Of a DNA stretch of 64,000 nt, positions 12,201 to 21,386 are shown piece after piece (positions within the stretch are counted from its first letter, which is position 1; each line of letters opens with the position of its first letter). The position numbers and the translations under genes were made by a program. The notes below the pieces were generated by a model. That model worked only from the letters and a program-made list of their open reading frames with translations, made no database searches and was not told the DNA's origin. This DNA comes from Gammaproteobacteria bacterium (GTDB lineage: Bacteria > Pseudomonadota > Gammaproteobacteria > SG8-11), in NCBI GenBank assembly GCA_030610155.1, contig JAUWSG010000001.1, positions 24,240-88,239 of the forward strand, read 5' to 3'.

Positions 12201-15200
12201 CAACAAATTACTGTCTCTGAAAAACTGACTGAGACCGTTGAACAGGCCCATCAATGGCTTATCGATGCGTTTGATCTGAAACGTAGTGGCACACCCGCAA
12301 CACAATCTCTCGTTCTGGCCAAGGTGGAATTACTAAAGCAATTCGAAAGACTGCTGGCCGGCTTTACCGGAGACGAAACCGAAACTGTTCAGCAAACCGA
12401 TTTGTCTATTGCTGACACAGAACTCGAGATGCTAGGTACAGATGAAGAGCTGGTATTAATATTTGTAAATGAAGCACAGGAAATTTTATCCAATACGCAG
12501 GAAATATTGTCTCAATTACCTCAACAACTGGATAACCTGAAACTCACAGAAGATTTACAGCGCGCCATGCATATGCTTAAAGGCGGTGCCCGTATGGCAA
12601 AAATAACCCCGATTGGTGACATTGCTCAAAACATCGAAGCAATATTAATGATGGTTATTGAGGGTGCGCTACAACTCAACCAGAACATGCTTCAAAGTAT
12701 ACAAACAGCGACTAACTGGACAGCTGAAGCGATAGAGTCTCTAAAAAACAACCAGCCTGCGTCGGCAAATGATGCGCTTATTACGGAGTTACAAGCGCAC
12801 ACACAAACACCTCCAGCACTGGATGATGGTTTAGAAGACGTTACAGTTGAAGAGATAAGTCTTGAGCTTGATGCTGATGAGACATCTGGACTTACACTCG
12901 ATGAAACAGACATAGCGCCTGAAGAAAAAATTGAACTTACCGATTTTGATTCAAGCTGGGAAACGGAAGAATCGGAAGAAGATAGCTATGATGATGACCT
13001 TGCAGATATCTTTCTTGAAGAAGCAGCTGAAATTCTGCATACGATGGATGATTTACTCAATCAATGGTCTGGAGACCCGGAAAATAGTGAAGTACTCCAG
13101 GAAGTTTTACGGGCATTACACACTCTCAAGGGCGGCGCCCGCATGGCAAATATTGCGCCAATCGGAGACCTGACCCATAGTATTGAAACTGTTTTGGAAA
13201 AAATTACCGGCGGTCATCTGACAGCCACTCAAGAACTTGTTGCGGTCGTTCACACGGCTTATGACTGGTTAAGCACTGCACTCGACAATATCCGCCGAAG
13301 TGAGCCATTATCGTCTGTTGAACACCTGATAGATGAAATTGAAATATCTGTTGGTCTTAAACAGCGTGAGGAAGTGGCTGACGTCGTAGAGACAATAGAG
13401 ACAACTGAAGAAGCTCAAACAATCACGCCGGAAACATCAACAGGGGATGAGCAATCCGACAGATTATCCGCCGTCTTTGCTGTAGAAAATCTGGATGAAG
13501 CAGAAATATCTGACTTTGAGATGGCCGAGTTTACTGAAGAACAGAAAGCGGAGAAAGCAGAAAAACAGTCTTCTCAAACATCAAAAGAACAGGTTAAAGT
13601 TTCTGCAGAATTACTGGATCTCCTGATCAACAATGCCGGTGAAGTCACAATCTACAGATCACGCGTTGACCAGCAGTTAAGTGCAATTGGATATAACCTG
13701 ACTGAATTCGATCAGACCATCGCCCGAATCGGTGAACAGCTTAGAAAATTCGAAATCGAAGCAGAAGCGCAGATTCTTTTCAGATACGAAAGTAACGCAG
13801 GGGCCGATGAGGATTTTGATCCACTGGAGCTTGACCGGTTCTCAAACATGCAACAGTTGTCCAGATCTCTAGTGGAAAGTATGGGCGATTTACGCAGTAT
13901 TAAAGGTTTACTGGAAAATTACACGCGAGAATCTGAAATCCTGTTGTTACAACAGTCTCGTGTTAGCTCGGAATTACAGGAAGGTCTGGTTCGTACCCGC
14001 CTGGTACCTTTCACCAATGCCGTTCCAAGACTAAGACGTATCGTCAGACAAACGGCAAAAGAGCTGGACAAACAGGCTGACTTTAAAATACAGGGCGCCG
14101 AAGGTGAAATGGATCGGACCGTTCTGGACAGGGTGGTCCCGGCACTGGAACATATGTTACGTAACGCAATAGGCCACGGTATCGAATTACCCGAGGATCG
14201 TCTGGCAGCAAACAAACCGGAAACCGGTCGTATTTTGCTTAACTTCCACCAGGAAGGCCCAAAAATTATCATTCGAATCCAGGATGATGGCGCGGGCATG
14301 AATCTGGAAGCTATCCGTAAAAAGGCAATTGAACGGGGCCTCATGACCCATGATTCAGACCTGACTGATAACGAAGTTATGCAGTTTGTACTTGAATCAG
14401 GATTTAGTACCGCAGAAAAGGTCACACAAATCTCCGGTCGTGGAGTGGGCATGGATGTCGTCAATACGGAAATTAAACAAGTTAACGGCACCCTTCATAT
14501 TGATACAAAAGAAGGCAAAGGCTCTATATTTACCATCCAGTTACCATTAACTGTTTCGGCAAACCAGGCTCTGCTCATTGAAACAGGTGAAGAGCAATAT
14601 GCCCTCCCACTGTCTTCTGTCGATGGTGTTATACGAGTGTCCGGCAAGGAATTAGCAAAATTATATGATGAAGACAAACCCATCTACCAGTATGGTGGCA
14701 GAAAATACGGGTTTTTTCATCTCGGTACGATACTGGGTGTTGCCAAACCACAATTGCCTGAACCTGGCGAAAAAGTGCCACTTATATTGGCCCGCGCGGG
14801 TGACCATTCTGTTGCGTTGCTGGTTGAACGAATTGTCGGTCGACAGGAAATTGTAATCAAATCCGTTGGCCCACAAATCAGCACAGTCAACGGCATATCA
14901 GGCGCGACAATTATGGGTGATGGCCGTGTTGCACTGATTATCGATATTTCCTCACTGATACGTGAAGGTATGGCTCATTTTGCCAAGGTTGAAGTCGAAA
15001 GGGAAAGAATAGAAGCTGAAAAAGCAGCAGCAGCTTCTGCAATCCCAACGGTTATGATTGTGGATGACTCAATTACTGTGCGTAAAGTGACAGAACGACT
15101 GCTCAAACGACACAACTACCAGTTTATGACGGCTAAAGATGGTATAGATGCACTTGATAAACTCCAGGACCAGATACCGGATGTAATGTTACTCGATATC

Positions 15201-15413
15201 GAAATGCCACGTATGGACGGTTTTGAACTTGCAACAGCGATGAGAAATGATGATCGTCTGAAAGATATACCTATCATCATGATTACTTCCCGAACAGGGG
15301 ACAAGCATCGCGATCGAGCAACAAAAATCGGTGTGAATGCTTACCTGGGTAAACCATTCCAGGAAACTGAACTTCTTGAAAATATTGAGTCTTTACTAAA
15401 TTCAAGTGAATGA
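9207..15413 (+). CDS. chpA: Multi-Hpt hybrid histidine kinase ChpA (CheA-like) with CheW and C-terminal REC domains
   Basis: Five canonical Hpt motifs (HTLKGSG, HTLHGSA, HTLKGGA, HMLKGGA, HTLKGGA) plus an N-terminal variant and two His-less Hpt-like modules. Also a CheA dimerisation/HATPase core (GRGVGMDVV), a CheW domain and a terminal REC (VMIVDDSITVRK...DIEMPRMDGF). Confidence 0.9.
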   Translation: MNARSDQDTNIGWIKSELDETLSLARQALEVYVENPNDEAQLRFVSTHMHQIVGTLQLVELYGASLLAEETELVVNDLIEGKIKQLDDAYEVVMRAILQLPTYLDHIQQGFKDNPVNLLPILNDLRTTRGQQLLSEHAFFSPDLDVLPDAQAASAPHSTEELPLFAKKLRPLYQTGLVGLFRNKDVQKNLKLLATVIKQLENSVATDKAKQLFWVCGGIIEGLYNKGLEANISLKSLLGQVDRLIKTLIDGGEQALSEAITKELLKNLLYYVAQTEAKGARVNELKKAFNLNKILPAGDAKSAEAHEQMTGFGADVIKNVSKAIKEDMLSIKDSLDLFVRSDDSPLSDLEPMCEKLRSVADTLGLLGMGKLRKLIKEQEQVVNNIMNSDGDLDDSVIMGIASALLFVESSINDLRLANIEDDQDQDQIQDTKLLPDSEYNQLVDLTITEAKSVLARVKDAFIAFAADNTNYELLEGTPDLINEIKGAFVIVSFGRAADLINSCNKYITEKLLANKSTPEKDELDALADVISGIEYFLENFAQDSNGARKSLDIAQESLIKLGFPPEHVEPVSDDGASQTVDKIDLESLENMPAPEKAEPPVETQSEAPAEKAEISFIEEEEDEGPDEEILEIFLEEAEEEFASITEQLVNWEANLSDDNALASLRRSYHTLKGSGRIVGALEIGEFAWAIESMLNRVIDKAIEATPVLFTLMKQAKDVLPELIDQVRGKGAPASDIQTIADNAHKLTKGEDIDLDATPAAAKPADVAAVVSEQGESKAAAYDPVLVEIFTNETATHISAIRQFIAQCQENGLPCKVNNDLIRALHTLHGSAHMANVHDIADLSDQLEKYAKLVLENQTEISEDVITLLLDSVNAIEAMIGNLSEGNAAIENKDGLIDRSAALYNAELSVQKERLGGADQDTESETTIDEELIKIYLLEADEILEQTNAVISGWSQSPELTDELRRHMHTLKGGAKIANLPDIADVSDHLENVLNKFVDQQITVSEKLTETVEQAHQWLIDAFDLKRSGTPATQSLVLAKVELLKQFERLLAGFTGDETETVQQTDLSIADTELEMLGTDEELVLIFVNEAQEILSNTQEILSQLPQQLDNLKLTEDLQRAMHMLKGGARMAKITPIGDIAQNIEAILMMVIEGALQLNQNMLQSIQTATNWTAEAIESLKNNQPASANDALITELQAHTQTPPALDDGLEDVTVEEISLELDADETSGLTLDETDIAPEEKIELTDFDSSWETEESEEDSYDDDLADIFLEEAAEILHTMDDLLNQWSGDPENSEVLQEVLRALHTLKGGARMANIAPIGDLTHSIETVLEKITGGHLTATQELVAVVHTAYDWLSTALDNIRRSEPLSSVEHLIDEIEISVGLKQREEVADVVETIETTEEAQTITPETSTGDEQSDRLSAVFAVENLDEAEISDFEMAEFTEEQKAEKAEKQSSQTSKEQVKVSAELLDLLINNAGEVTIYRSRVDQQLSAIGYNLTEFDQTIARIGEQLRKFEIEAEAQILFRYESNAGADEDFDPLELDRFSNMQQLSRSLVESMGDLRSIKGLLENYTRESEILLLQQSRVSSELQEGLVRTRLVPFTNAVPRLRRIVRQTAKELDKQADFKIQGAEGEMDRTVLDRVVPALEHMLRNAIGHGIELPEDRLAANKPETGRILLNFHQEGPKIIIRIQDDGAGMNLEAIRKKAIERGLMTHDSDLTDNEVMQFVLESGFSTAEKVTQISGRGVGMDVVNTEIKQVNGTLHIDTKEGKGSIFTIQLPLTVSANQALLIETGEEQYALPLSSVDGVIRVSGKELAKLYDEDKPIYQYGGRKYGFFHLGTILGVAKPQLPEPGEKVPLILARAGDHSVALLVERIVGRQEIVIKSVGPQISTVNGISGATIMGDGRVALIIDISSLIREGMAHFAKVEVERERIEAEKAAAASAIPTVMIVDDSITVRKVTERLLKRHNYQFMTAKDGIDALDKLQDQIPDVMLLDIEMPRMDGFELATAMRNDDRLKDIPIIMITSRTGDKHRDRATKIGVNAYLGKPFQETELLENIESLLNSSE

Positions 15414-16632
15414 CAACAACGATAACAACAAGCTTCTCCGTGTTGCAATCATACATACTTCAAACCATAAACCGGAAGAGTTGCAAACGGCACTTAAAAC
15501 GCACGATATAGAGATCGTTGCGGTTGCTGAACTGTCCACCCAATGCTTGCAGGAAATCGATCCAGATAACACAGATGCCATCCTGGTTGATTTGTATGAA
15601 AATGCAGAACAGGAACTTGATATTCTGGAATCCCTACTTGAAGAATCCACCCTGCCACTTTTATTTAATGACAATGCAACAACCCAGTTTAATATTTCTA
15701 TTTCCAGTCCTGACTGGAGCGACAAACTTGCGTCCAAGTTACGCTCTCTGGCTGAAAAATCCTTAAGGAACAAACCGGTTGTTGAAGAACTTATAGCTGA
15801 AGAAAATATAGTTGAAGAACTTATTTTTGAAGAACATGTTGCTAATGAACCTGTTGCAGATATACCTGTTGAAGAACCACCCGCTGCAGAAATACCCATC
15901 CTGGAAACACCGCTTGAGCCACCGGTAGAGATACAGGATTTGCCCGTAGTAAAGCAAACTGACCCGGGAACACCCAACAGGATAACGCCTGCCAGACAAA
16001 CAGCAGCTGAATTACAAATAGAGTCATATCCTGAACCCGACACACAAACACATGCCGATCAAATCACCAGTGCAGAAAAAATATGGGTATTGGGTGCCTC
16101 TCTGGGTGGACCTATGGCGGTTAGAGATTTTCTTTCTTGCCTGCCAGAAAATTTACCTATTGCATTTGTACTCGCTCAACATATCGGAGCCAGTCATATT
16201 GAGCTATTGGGCGAACAACTTAATCGGGCCACAACATTTAATGTCATGACAGCAAAACCCGGGCACATAATACAGAATCAGGAAGTTATTTTGGCGCCCA
16301 TAGAAGAGAAAATCATTTTAAACCAATCGGGTGCCATCAGCATTGAACCTCTCTCTGGTCATTCCATTTACACACCGTCAATTGATGATGTAATGACTGA
16401 TGTGGCAAATAATTACGGTCCAAATATCGGCACAATAATTTTCAGCGGAATGGGAAATGATGGTGAAGAAGGTTGCCAGGTGATCAGCGAGAAAGGCGGT
16501 GTCGTCTGGGCCCAGGAACCGGATAGTTGCGTCATTAGCAGTATGCCCGACTGTGCACGCAACACAGGCTGTGTCACGAGTAGTGGCACCCCTGAAGAAC
16601 TGGCCATTGCGCTAGTGGAATACCTGATTTAA
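15406..16632 (+). CDS. chpB: CheB-like methylesterase with N-terminal REC domain
   Basis: The REC-like N-terminus is followed by a long acidic Pro-rich linker, then the CheB catalytic domain (WVLGASLGGPMAV...HIGASH...FSGMGNDG). Start overlaps the chpA stop. Confidence 0.8.
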   Translation: MNDNNDNNKLLRVAIIHTSNHKPEELQTALKTHDIEIVAVAELSTQCLQEIDPDNTDAILVDLYENAEQELDILESLLEESTLPLLFNDNATTQFNISISSPDWSDKLASKLRSLAEKSLRNKPVVEELIAEENIVEELIFEEHVANEPVADIPVEEPPAAEIPILETPLEPPVEIQDLPVVKQTDPGTPNRITPARQTAAELQIESYPEPDTQTHADQITSAEKIWVLGASLGGPMAVRDFLSCLPENLPIAFVLAQHIGASHIELLGEQLNRATTFNVMTAKPGHIIQNQEVILAPIEEKIILNQSGAISIEPLSGHSIYTPSIDDVMTDVANNYGPNIGTIIFSGMGNDGEEGCQVISEKGGVVWAQEPDSCVISSMPDCARNTGCVTSSGTPEELAIALVEYLI

Positions 16633-16712
16633 TTGCCTTAATAAACAGTGCTCTAGTGACAGAGATAATTACGATTAACTTATTAACCCTTTACACATAA
16701 AGGAACCTGATT

Positions 16713-17189
16713 ATGGTACAGAAAACAACATACATACATAGCCAGATTTTAAGCCTCGAAGGTGACCCGATAATATTGCCTAATACTGCGGTAGCCGAAA
16801 TTATTAACTACAGTGACCCCACACCTGTCGACAATTCGCCTGAATGGATATTGGGCACAATGGAATGGCGCGGAATCAGAATTCCGTTGATGTCACTAGA
16901 AGCTGCGATGGGAAAAAATATGCCGGCTACATCCTCGAGCAATCACATAGCCATCTTGAACAGCATTTCAGACGATGATTCTTTGAATTTCTATGCAATA
17001 GTGACCGGTGCTTTGCCGAGGCTAGTCAACCTGGATGAAAAGAAAATTACCGCCGCAGCAAATGATGACAGTGAAGAGCTGGTATTGAGTAATGTGCTGG
17101 TAAACAAATCAGCCGCCATCATTCCTGATCTGAACGCAATTGAAGATATGGTCAAAAGCACCGGCCTGAAAAATTCCCGGATCAGTTGA
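16713..17189 (+). CDS. chpC: CheW-like protein
   Basis: Small CheW-domain protein with an AAAGGAA RBS. Last gene of the operon before a strong terminator. Confidence 0.7.
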   Translation: MVQKTTYIHSQILSLEGDPIILPNTAVAEIINYSDPTPVDNSPEWILGTMEWRGIRIPLMSLEAAMGKNMPATSSSNHIAILNSISDDDSLNFYAIVTGALPRLVNLDEKKITAAANDDSEELVLSNVLVNKSAAIIPDLNAIEDMVKSTGLKNSRIS

Positions 17190-17207
17190 GCGCCTTTTAA
17201 ACATACG

Positions 17208-17372
17208 TTTTCACCGCAAAGGCGCAAAGTACGCAAAGGAATTCATTTAACTTATAAAAGCTAGTAAGCGACTAATCAGATAAGCCAGGATTCACCATAA
17301 CTGTGAATCCTGGCTTTTTTAATTATTAATATTTAATGTTTCTTTGCGCTCTTTGCGCCTTTGCGGTGAAAT
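17208..17372. repeat. ~33-bp imperfect inverted repeats flanking the chpC terminator (small palindromic intergenic element)
   Basis: Left arm gttttcaccgcaaaggcgcaaagtacgcaaagg (17208-17240). Right arm tctttgcgctctttgcgcctttgcggtgaa (17341-17370). The arms are reverse complements with 2-3 mismatches. Confidence 0.5.
17283..17321 (+). terminator. Rho-independent terminator of the pil-chp operon
   Basis: Perfect 13-bp stem (agccaggattcac / gtgaatcctggct) with a 7-nt loop, followed by TTTTTT. Confidence 0.75.
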
Positions 17373-17385
17373 AATGTTTCCATGC

Positions 17386-18762
17386 TTAAGCGGTCGCGTT
17401 TGATATCCCCTGGTAAGCGACTTCTGATATCGTGCGAATTTGTTCTGCGGTTATAACATAAGGCGGCATAAAATAGATCACATTACCCAATGGCCTTAAC
17501 AACACACCCTGATCCAACGCGAATTTATATACATCAATGCCACGTCTTTCCTGCCAGGGATAAGGAAGCCTGTTTTTTTTATCTTTGACCATCTCCAGTG
17601 CCAATATCATGCCTGTTTGTCGTACTTCGGCAACATGCGGGTGATCCCAAAATATTTCCGTCTCCGCTTTCATTGTTTTTGCCAACTCAATATTTTTATC
17701 CAGAACATTGTCATGTTCAAAAATATCCAGTGTGGCATTAGCTGCTGCGCAAGCCAGCGTATTTCCTGTATAACTGTGTGAATGCAGGAATGCCGACATA
17801 TTCACATAGTCATCATAAAACGCCTGGTAAATTTCATCACTACACATGACGGCGGACAAGGGCATATATCCACCTGTTATGCCTTTGGACAAACACATAA
17901 TATCAGGTGATATATCGCCGTGTTCACAGGCAAACATTTTACCTGTGCGCCCAAAACCAACCGCTATTTCGTCTGCAATTAACAAAATATCATGTCGGTC
18001 ACAGGCATCCCGAAGCATTTTTAAATAGACCGGGTGATACATACGCATATTACCCGCACATTGGACCAGGGGTTCAATGATGACAGCACATATGTCACGG
18101 GAATGTTCTGACAATACCTGCTCCATATGACTAAACATCTTTATCGAATGATCTTCCCAGGACTCACCCTCTTCACGGAAATAACAATCTGGCGATGCGA
18201 CAGTTATCACATCCATCAACAAAGGCCCGTATGTTTGTTTATATAACGCGACATCACCTACAGCCAATGCACCCAGTGTTTCGCCATGATAGCTATTGCT
18301 CAATGAAACAAACTTTGTGCGTGTCCCCGCAGAAGACCCGCTATTTTTATTCAGCCCCTTATTTTTATTCAACCAATAGTGAAAACTCATTTTTAGTGCT
18401 GCCTCAACTGCCGACGAACCGTTATCGGCAAAAAAACATTTATTCAGGCCAGGCGGTGTTTTTTCTACCAACCGTTCTGCCAGGCTGACGGCAGGTTCAT
18501 GGGTAAAACCTGCCAATAAGGTATGTTCAAGCTGGTCCAGTTGCTGCTTGATCGCTTCATTTATTATCGGGTTGGCGTGACCAAACAAATTTACCCACCA
18601 GGAACTGATCGCATCAAGATAACGCCGGCCATCATAATCTTCCAGCCACACACCCTCGCCTTTTTTTATGGGGATCAATGCCAGACTTTCATGGTCTTTC
18701 ATTTGGCTACAGGGGTGCCACAAGACCGATAAATCACGATTTATAAAATCAGAATTTGCCAT
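17386..18762 (-). CDS. bioA: Adenosylmethionine-8-amino-7-oxononanoate aminotransferase
   Basis: Class III PLP aminotransferase with BioA-specific N- and C-termini (WHPCSQMKDHE...; PLGNVIYFMPPYVIT). Confidence 0.9.
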   Translation of the reverse strand: MANSDFINRDLSVLWHPCSQMKDHESLALIPIKKGEGVWLEDYDGRRYLDAISSWWVNLFGHANPIINEAIKQQLDQLEHTLLAGFTHEPAVSLAERLVEKTPPGLNKCFFADNGSSAVEAALKMSFHYWLNKNKGLNKNSGSSAGTRTKFVSLSNSYHGETLGALAVGDVALYKQTYGPLLMDVITVASPDCYFREEGESWEDHSIKMFSHMEQVLSEHSRDICAVIIEPLVQCAGNMRMYHPVYLKMLRDACDRHDILLIADEIAVGFGRTGKMFACEHGDISPDIMCLSKGITGGYMPLSAVMCSDEIYQAFYDDYVNMSAFLHSHSYTGNTLACAAANATLDIFEHDNVLDKNIELAKTMKAETEIFWDHPHVAEVRQTGMILALEMVKDKKNRLPYPWQERRGIDVYKFALDQGVLLRPLGNVIYFMPPYVITAEQIRTISEVAYQGISNATA

Positions 18763-18768
18763 GTGCTA

Positions 18769-20901
18769 TCAGGCCTCCCAATATCGCGCAGACTGACCCA
18801 CCCACCGTTCAATCAAGGACTGCACTGCGATCGGGTGTTCATGCAACAGTTGTTCCGCGGCCTGTCTTACCTTCGGCAACATATACTCATCGCGCGGGAG
18901 ATCGGCTATCTTGAATTGCATTAAACCCGACTGTTGTGTGCCGAATACTTCACCCGGGCCACGCAGTGCAAGGTCTTCTCTCGCTATTTCAAAACCATCA
19001 TTTGTATTACGCATGATACTTAACCGTTTATACGCCACTTTTGATAATGGCGCTTTATACAAAAATATACAACTACTCTCCTGGCGACCACGGCCAATGC
19101 GTCCACGTAACTGGTGCAACTGCGATAAACCCAGTCTTTCGGAGTTTTCAATGACCATCAATGACGCATTCGGCACATCAACACCCACTTCAATTACAGT
19201 TGTGGCGACCAGAATATCGAGATTATTTTGTTTATATTGTTTCATGACGATTTCTTTTTCATCCGGTTTCAATCGGCCATGAATTAGCCCTATACGCAAA
19301 TCCGGTAAAGCTGCACTCAATATTGTCGCTGTCTCGACAGCGGCCTGGCATTGTAAAACTTCCGATTCATCAATCAACGGACAAACCCAATAGGCTTGCC
19401 TGCCTTCACGACAGGCTTCACGAATTCTGGATAAAATATCATCGCGTCGCTCATCAGGCAGAACAACTGAATTAACAGGCGATCGTCCAGGCGGCATTTC
19501 GTCCACTATAGAACAATCCAGATCCGCATAGATAGACATGGCCAATGTTCGCGGAATAGGTGTTGCTGACATGATTAACTGATGTGGATAAAGGCCATTT
19601 CGAACACCTTTATTCAAAAGCGTCAGACGTTGCGTAACACCAAAACGGTGCTGTTCATCAACCACTATATAAGCCAGCCTGTCAAAATTCACTTCATCCT
19701 GAAACACTGCATGAGTGCCGATGATAATTTTCACCTGTCCGGATTGTATTTTTTCCAGAATATCTACACGCCTGTTACCCTTAATTTTCCCGGTTATACA
19801 AACAGCTTCCAGACCCAGCTGGCTTGCCAGGGGCTGAATATTATTAAAATGTTGTTCTGCCAGTATTTCTGTCGGCGCCATGATCACGACCTGCAAACCC
19901 TCAGATGCAACATAAAATGCGCTGTAAACCGCGATCATTGTTTTGCCACAACCTACATCACCCTGAACCAGACGTTGCATTGGATAGTCCTTACCCAGAT
20001 CATCCATTACCTCCGCAATACATCTTTTTTGAGCGCCGGTTAGCGCATAGGGCAGGATCTTATCCAGCCGTGCTGATGTCCGATCTTGACTACTAATTGC
20101 CAATGCCTTGTTTTTTTGGATTTTTTTCTTTAACTGACGCATGCACAAATGACGAGCCAGTAATTCTTCAAATACCAGTCGTTGTTGTGAAGCGTGGTTG
20201 CCAGCCAATAATTCTGTAACAGGTGCATCAGGCGGAGGACGATGCAGAAAATTAATCGCACTCACTAATGACATCACATCAATATCATCAGGCATGGAAT
20301 CTGTTAACCAGTCATCCAGCAATTCAGTGTTATTCTCTAAATATGCCAATGCCTGTTCTGAAATAGCCCGTAAGGACCGTTGTTGCAAACCTTCAGTGGC
20401 GGGATAAACAGGCGTCAGACATTCTTCAGCTTGCAATGGCGCGCCCGGATCACTGTATTGGTATTCCGGGTGTATCATCTCCAGACCAGAAAATCGTGAA
20501 CGGCCGAACTGACCGGTAGCGCGTACTTCTCCAAAACAGCGGATACAGGTGCCTTCACTTAGCGCAGCTTTTTGGCTGGCGGAAAAATGAAAAAATCGCA
20601 ATTTCAAACTGCCGGTATCATCGGCTATAGTACATAACAATGAACGTCGCTTACCAAACTGTAGTTTAGTCGCACTTACTATCCCCTGGACAACAACTTC
20701 ACTACCAGGCTGCAAACCCGCTATCGGCACAATCTGTGTCCGATCCTGATACCGATGTGGCAAATGAAACAATACATCACGTATAGTATATATTCCAAGA
20801 CGGGAAAGACGTTGAGCAACTTGCGGCCCAACACCTTTGAGCCTGGTCACACAAATGTCCTTTTTTTCTACTATGGGTAGCTTATCAGAATTAGAAGACA
20901 T
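18769..20901 (-). CDS. recG: ATP-dependent DNA helicase RecG
   Basis: Wedge domain, DEAD-like helicase motifs (GDVGCGKT, DEQHRFG) and a helicase C-terminal domain. Start trimmed to the internal Met (MSSNSDK) so that it no longer overlaps ridA. Confidence 0.9.
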   Translation of the reverse strand: MSSNSDKLPIVEKKDICVTRLKGVGPQVAQRLSRLGIYTIRDVLFHLPHRYQDRTQIVPIAGLQPGSEVVVQGIVSATKLQFGKRRSLLCTIADDTGSLKLRFFHFSASQKAALSEGTCIRCFGEVRATGQFGRSRFSGLEMIHPEYQYSDPGAPLQAEECLTPVYPATEGLQQRSLRAISEQALAYLENNTELLDDWLTDSMPDDIDVMSLVSAINFLHRPPPDAPVTELLAGNHASQQRLVFEELLARHLCMRQLKKKIQKNKALAISSQDRTSARLDKILPYALTGAQKRCIAEVMDDLGKDYPMQRLVQGDVGCGKTMIAVYSAFYVASEGLQVVIMAPTEILAEQHFNNIQPLASQLGLEAVCITGKIKGNRRVDILEKIQSGQVKIIIGTHAVFQDEVNFDRLAYIVVDEQHRFGVTQRLTLLNKGVRNGLYPHQLIMSATPIPRTLAMSIYADLDCSIVDEMPPGRSPVNSVVLPDERRDDILSRIREACREGRQAYWVCPLIDESEVLQCQAAVETATILSAALPDLRIGLIHGRLKPDEKEIVMKQYKQNNLDILVATTVIEVGVDVPNASLMVIENSERLGLSQLHQLRGRIGRGRQESSCIFLYKAPLSKVAYKRLSIMRNTNDGFEIAREDLALRGPGEVFGTQQSGLMQFKIADLPRDEYMLPKVRQAAEQLLHEHPIAVQSLIERWVGQSARYWEA

Positions 20902-20938
20902 TCGATTGGATACAGTAGTGACAGGCAAGATACAGGGC

Positions 20939-21325
20939 TTACCTGGATAAATCCATGATGGCATCCATTTCCACTGCAGACCCCTTTGGCAGAGAGGCCA
21001 CACCAATCGCAGCACGGGCTGGATAAGGTTCCTGAAAATAGTTCGCCATCACTTCATTAATTATCGGAAAATTATTCATATCTGTTAAAAAAATATTTAA
21101 TTTAACGACATCTGCTAAAGAGCCACCGGCTGCCTCTGCAACTGCTTTCAAGTTATCAAACACCCTGCAAATCTGGGCATTGATATCCGCATCAATCAAA
21201 ACCATCGTTTCAGGATCCAATGGAATCTGACCGGAAAGATAAACTGTATTATTGACCTTGACCGCCTGAGAATATGTACCAATAGCTTGCGGAGCATTAT
21301 CTGTTTTAATAATTTCTCTTCCCAC
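20939..21325 (-). CDS. ridA: RidA/YjgF family reactive-intermediate deaminase
   Basis: 128 aa with [13 protein letters not shown] and a conserved C-terminus ([22 protein letters not shown]). Confidence 0.8.
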   Translation of the reverse strand: MGREIIKTDNAPQAIGTYSQAVKVNNTVYLSGQIPLDPETMVLIDADINAQICRVFDNLKAVAEAAGGSLADVVKLNIFLTDMNNFPIINEVMANYFQEPYPARAAIGVASLPKGSAVEMDAIMDLSR

Positions 21326-21386
21326 CTTATCACTCCTTTAACTAACAATAACTAAATTAAATATTCGCTAAACGCTTTAGTGTGGC

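Noticed and set aside
10616-16043. Several long antisense ORFs inside chpA and chpB (10616-11182, 13919-14491, 15402-16043, all on the - strand)
   Set aside because: They are low-complexity Ser/Ala-rich translations opposite a confidently assigned 6.2 kb gene. They have no RBS and no recognisable domains.
20902-21015. N-terminal extension of the recG ORF (the track gives 748 aa starting at 21015)
   Set aside because: The extension overlaps the 3-prime end of ridA in another frame and has no RecG-like sequence. The internal Met (MSSNSDK) gives a normal-length RecG.
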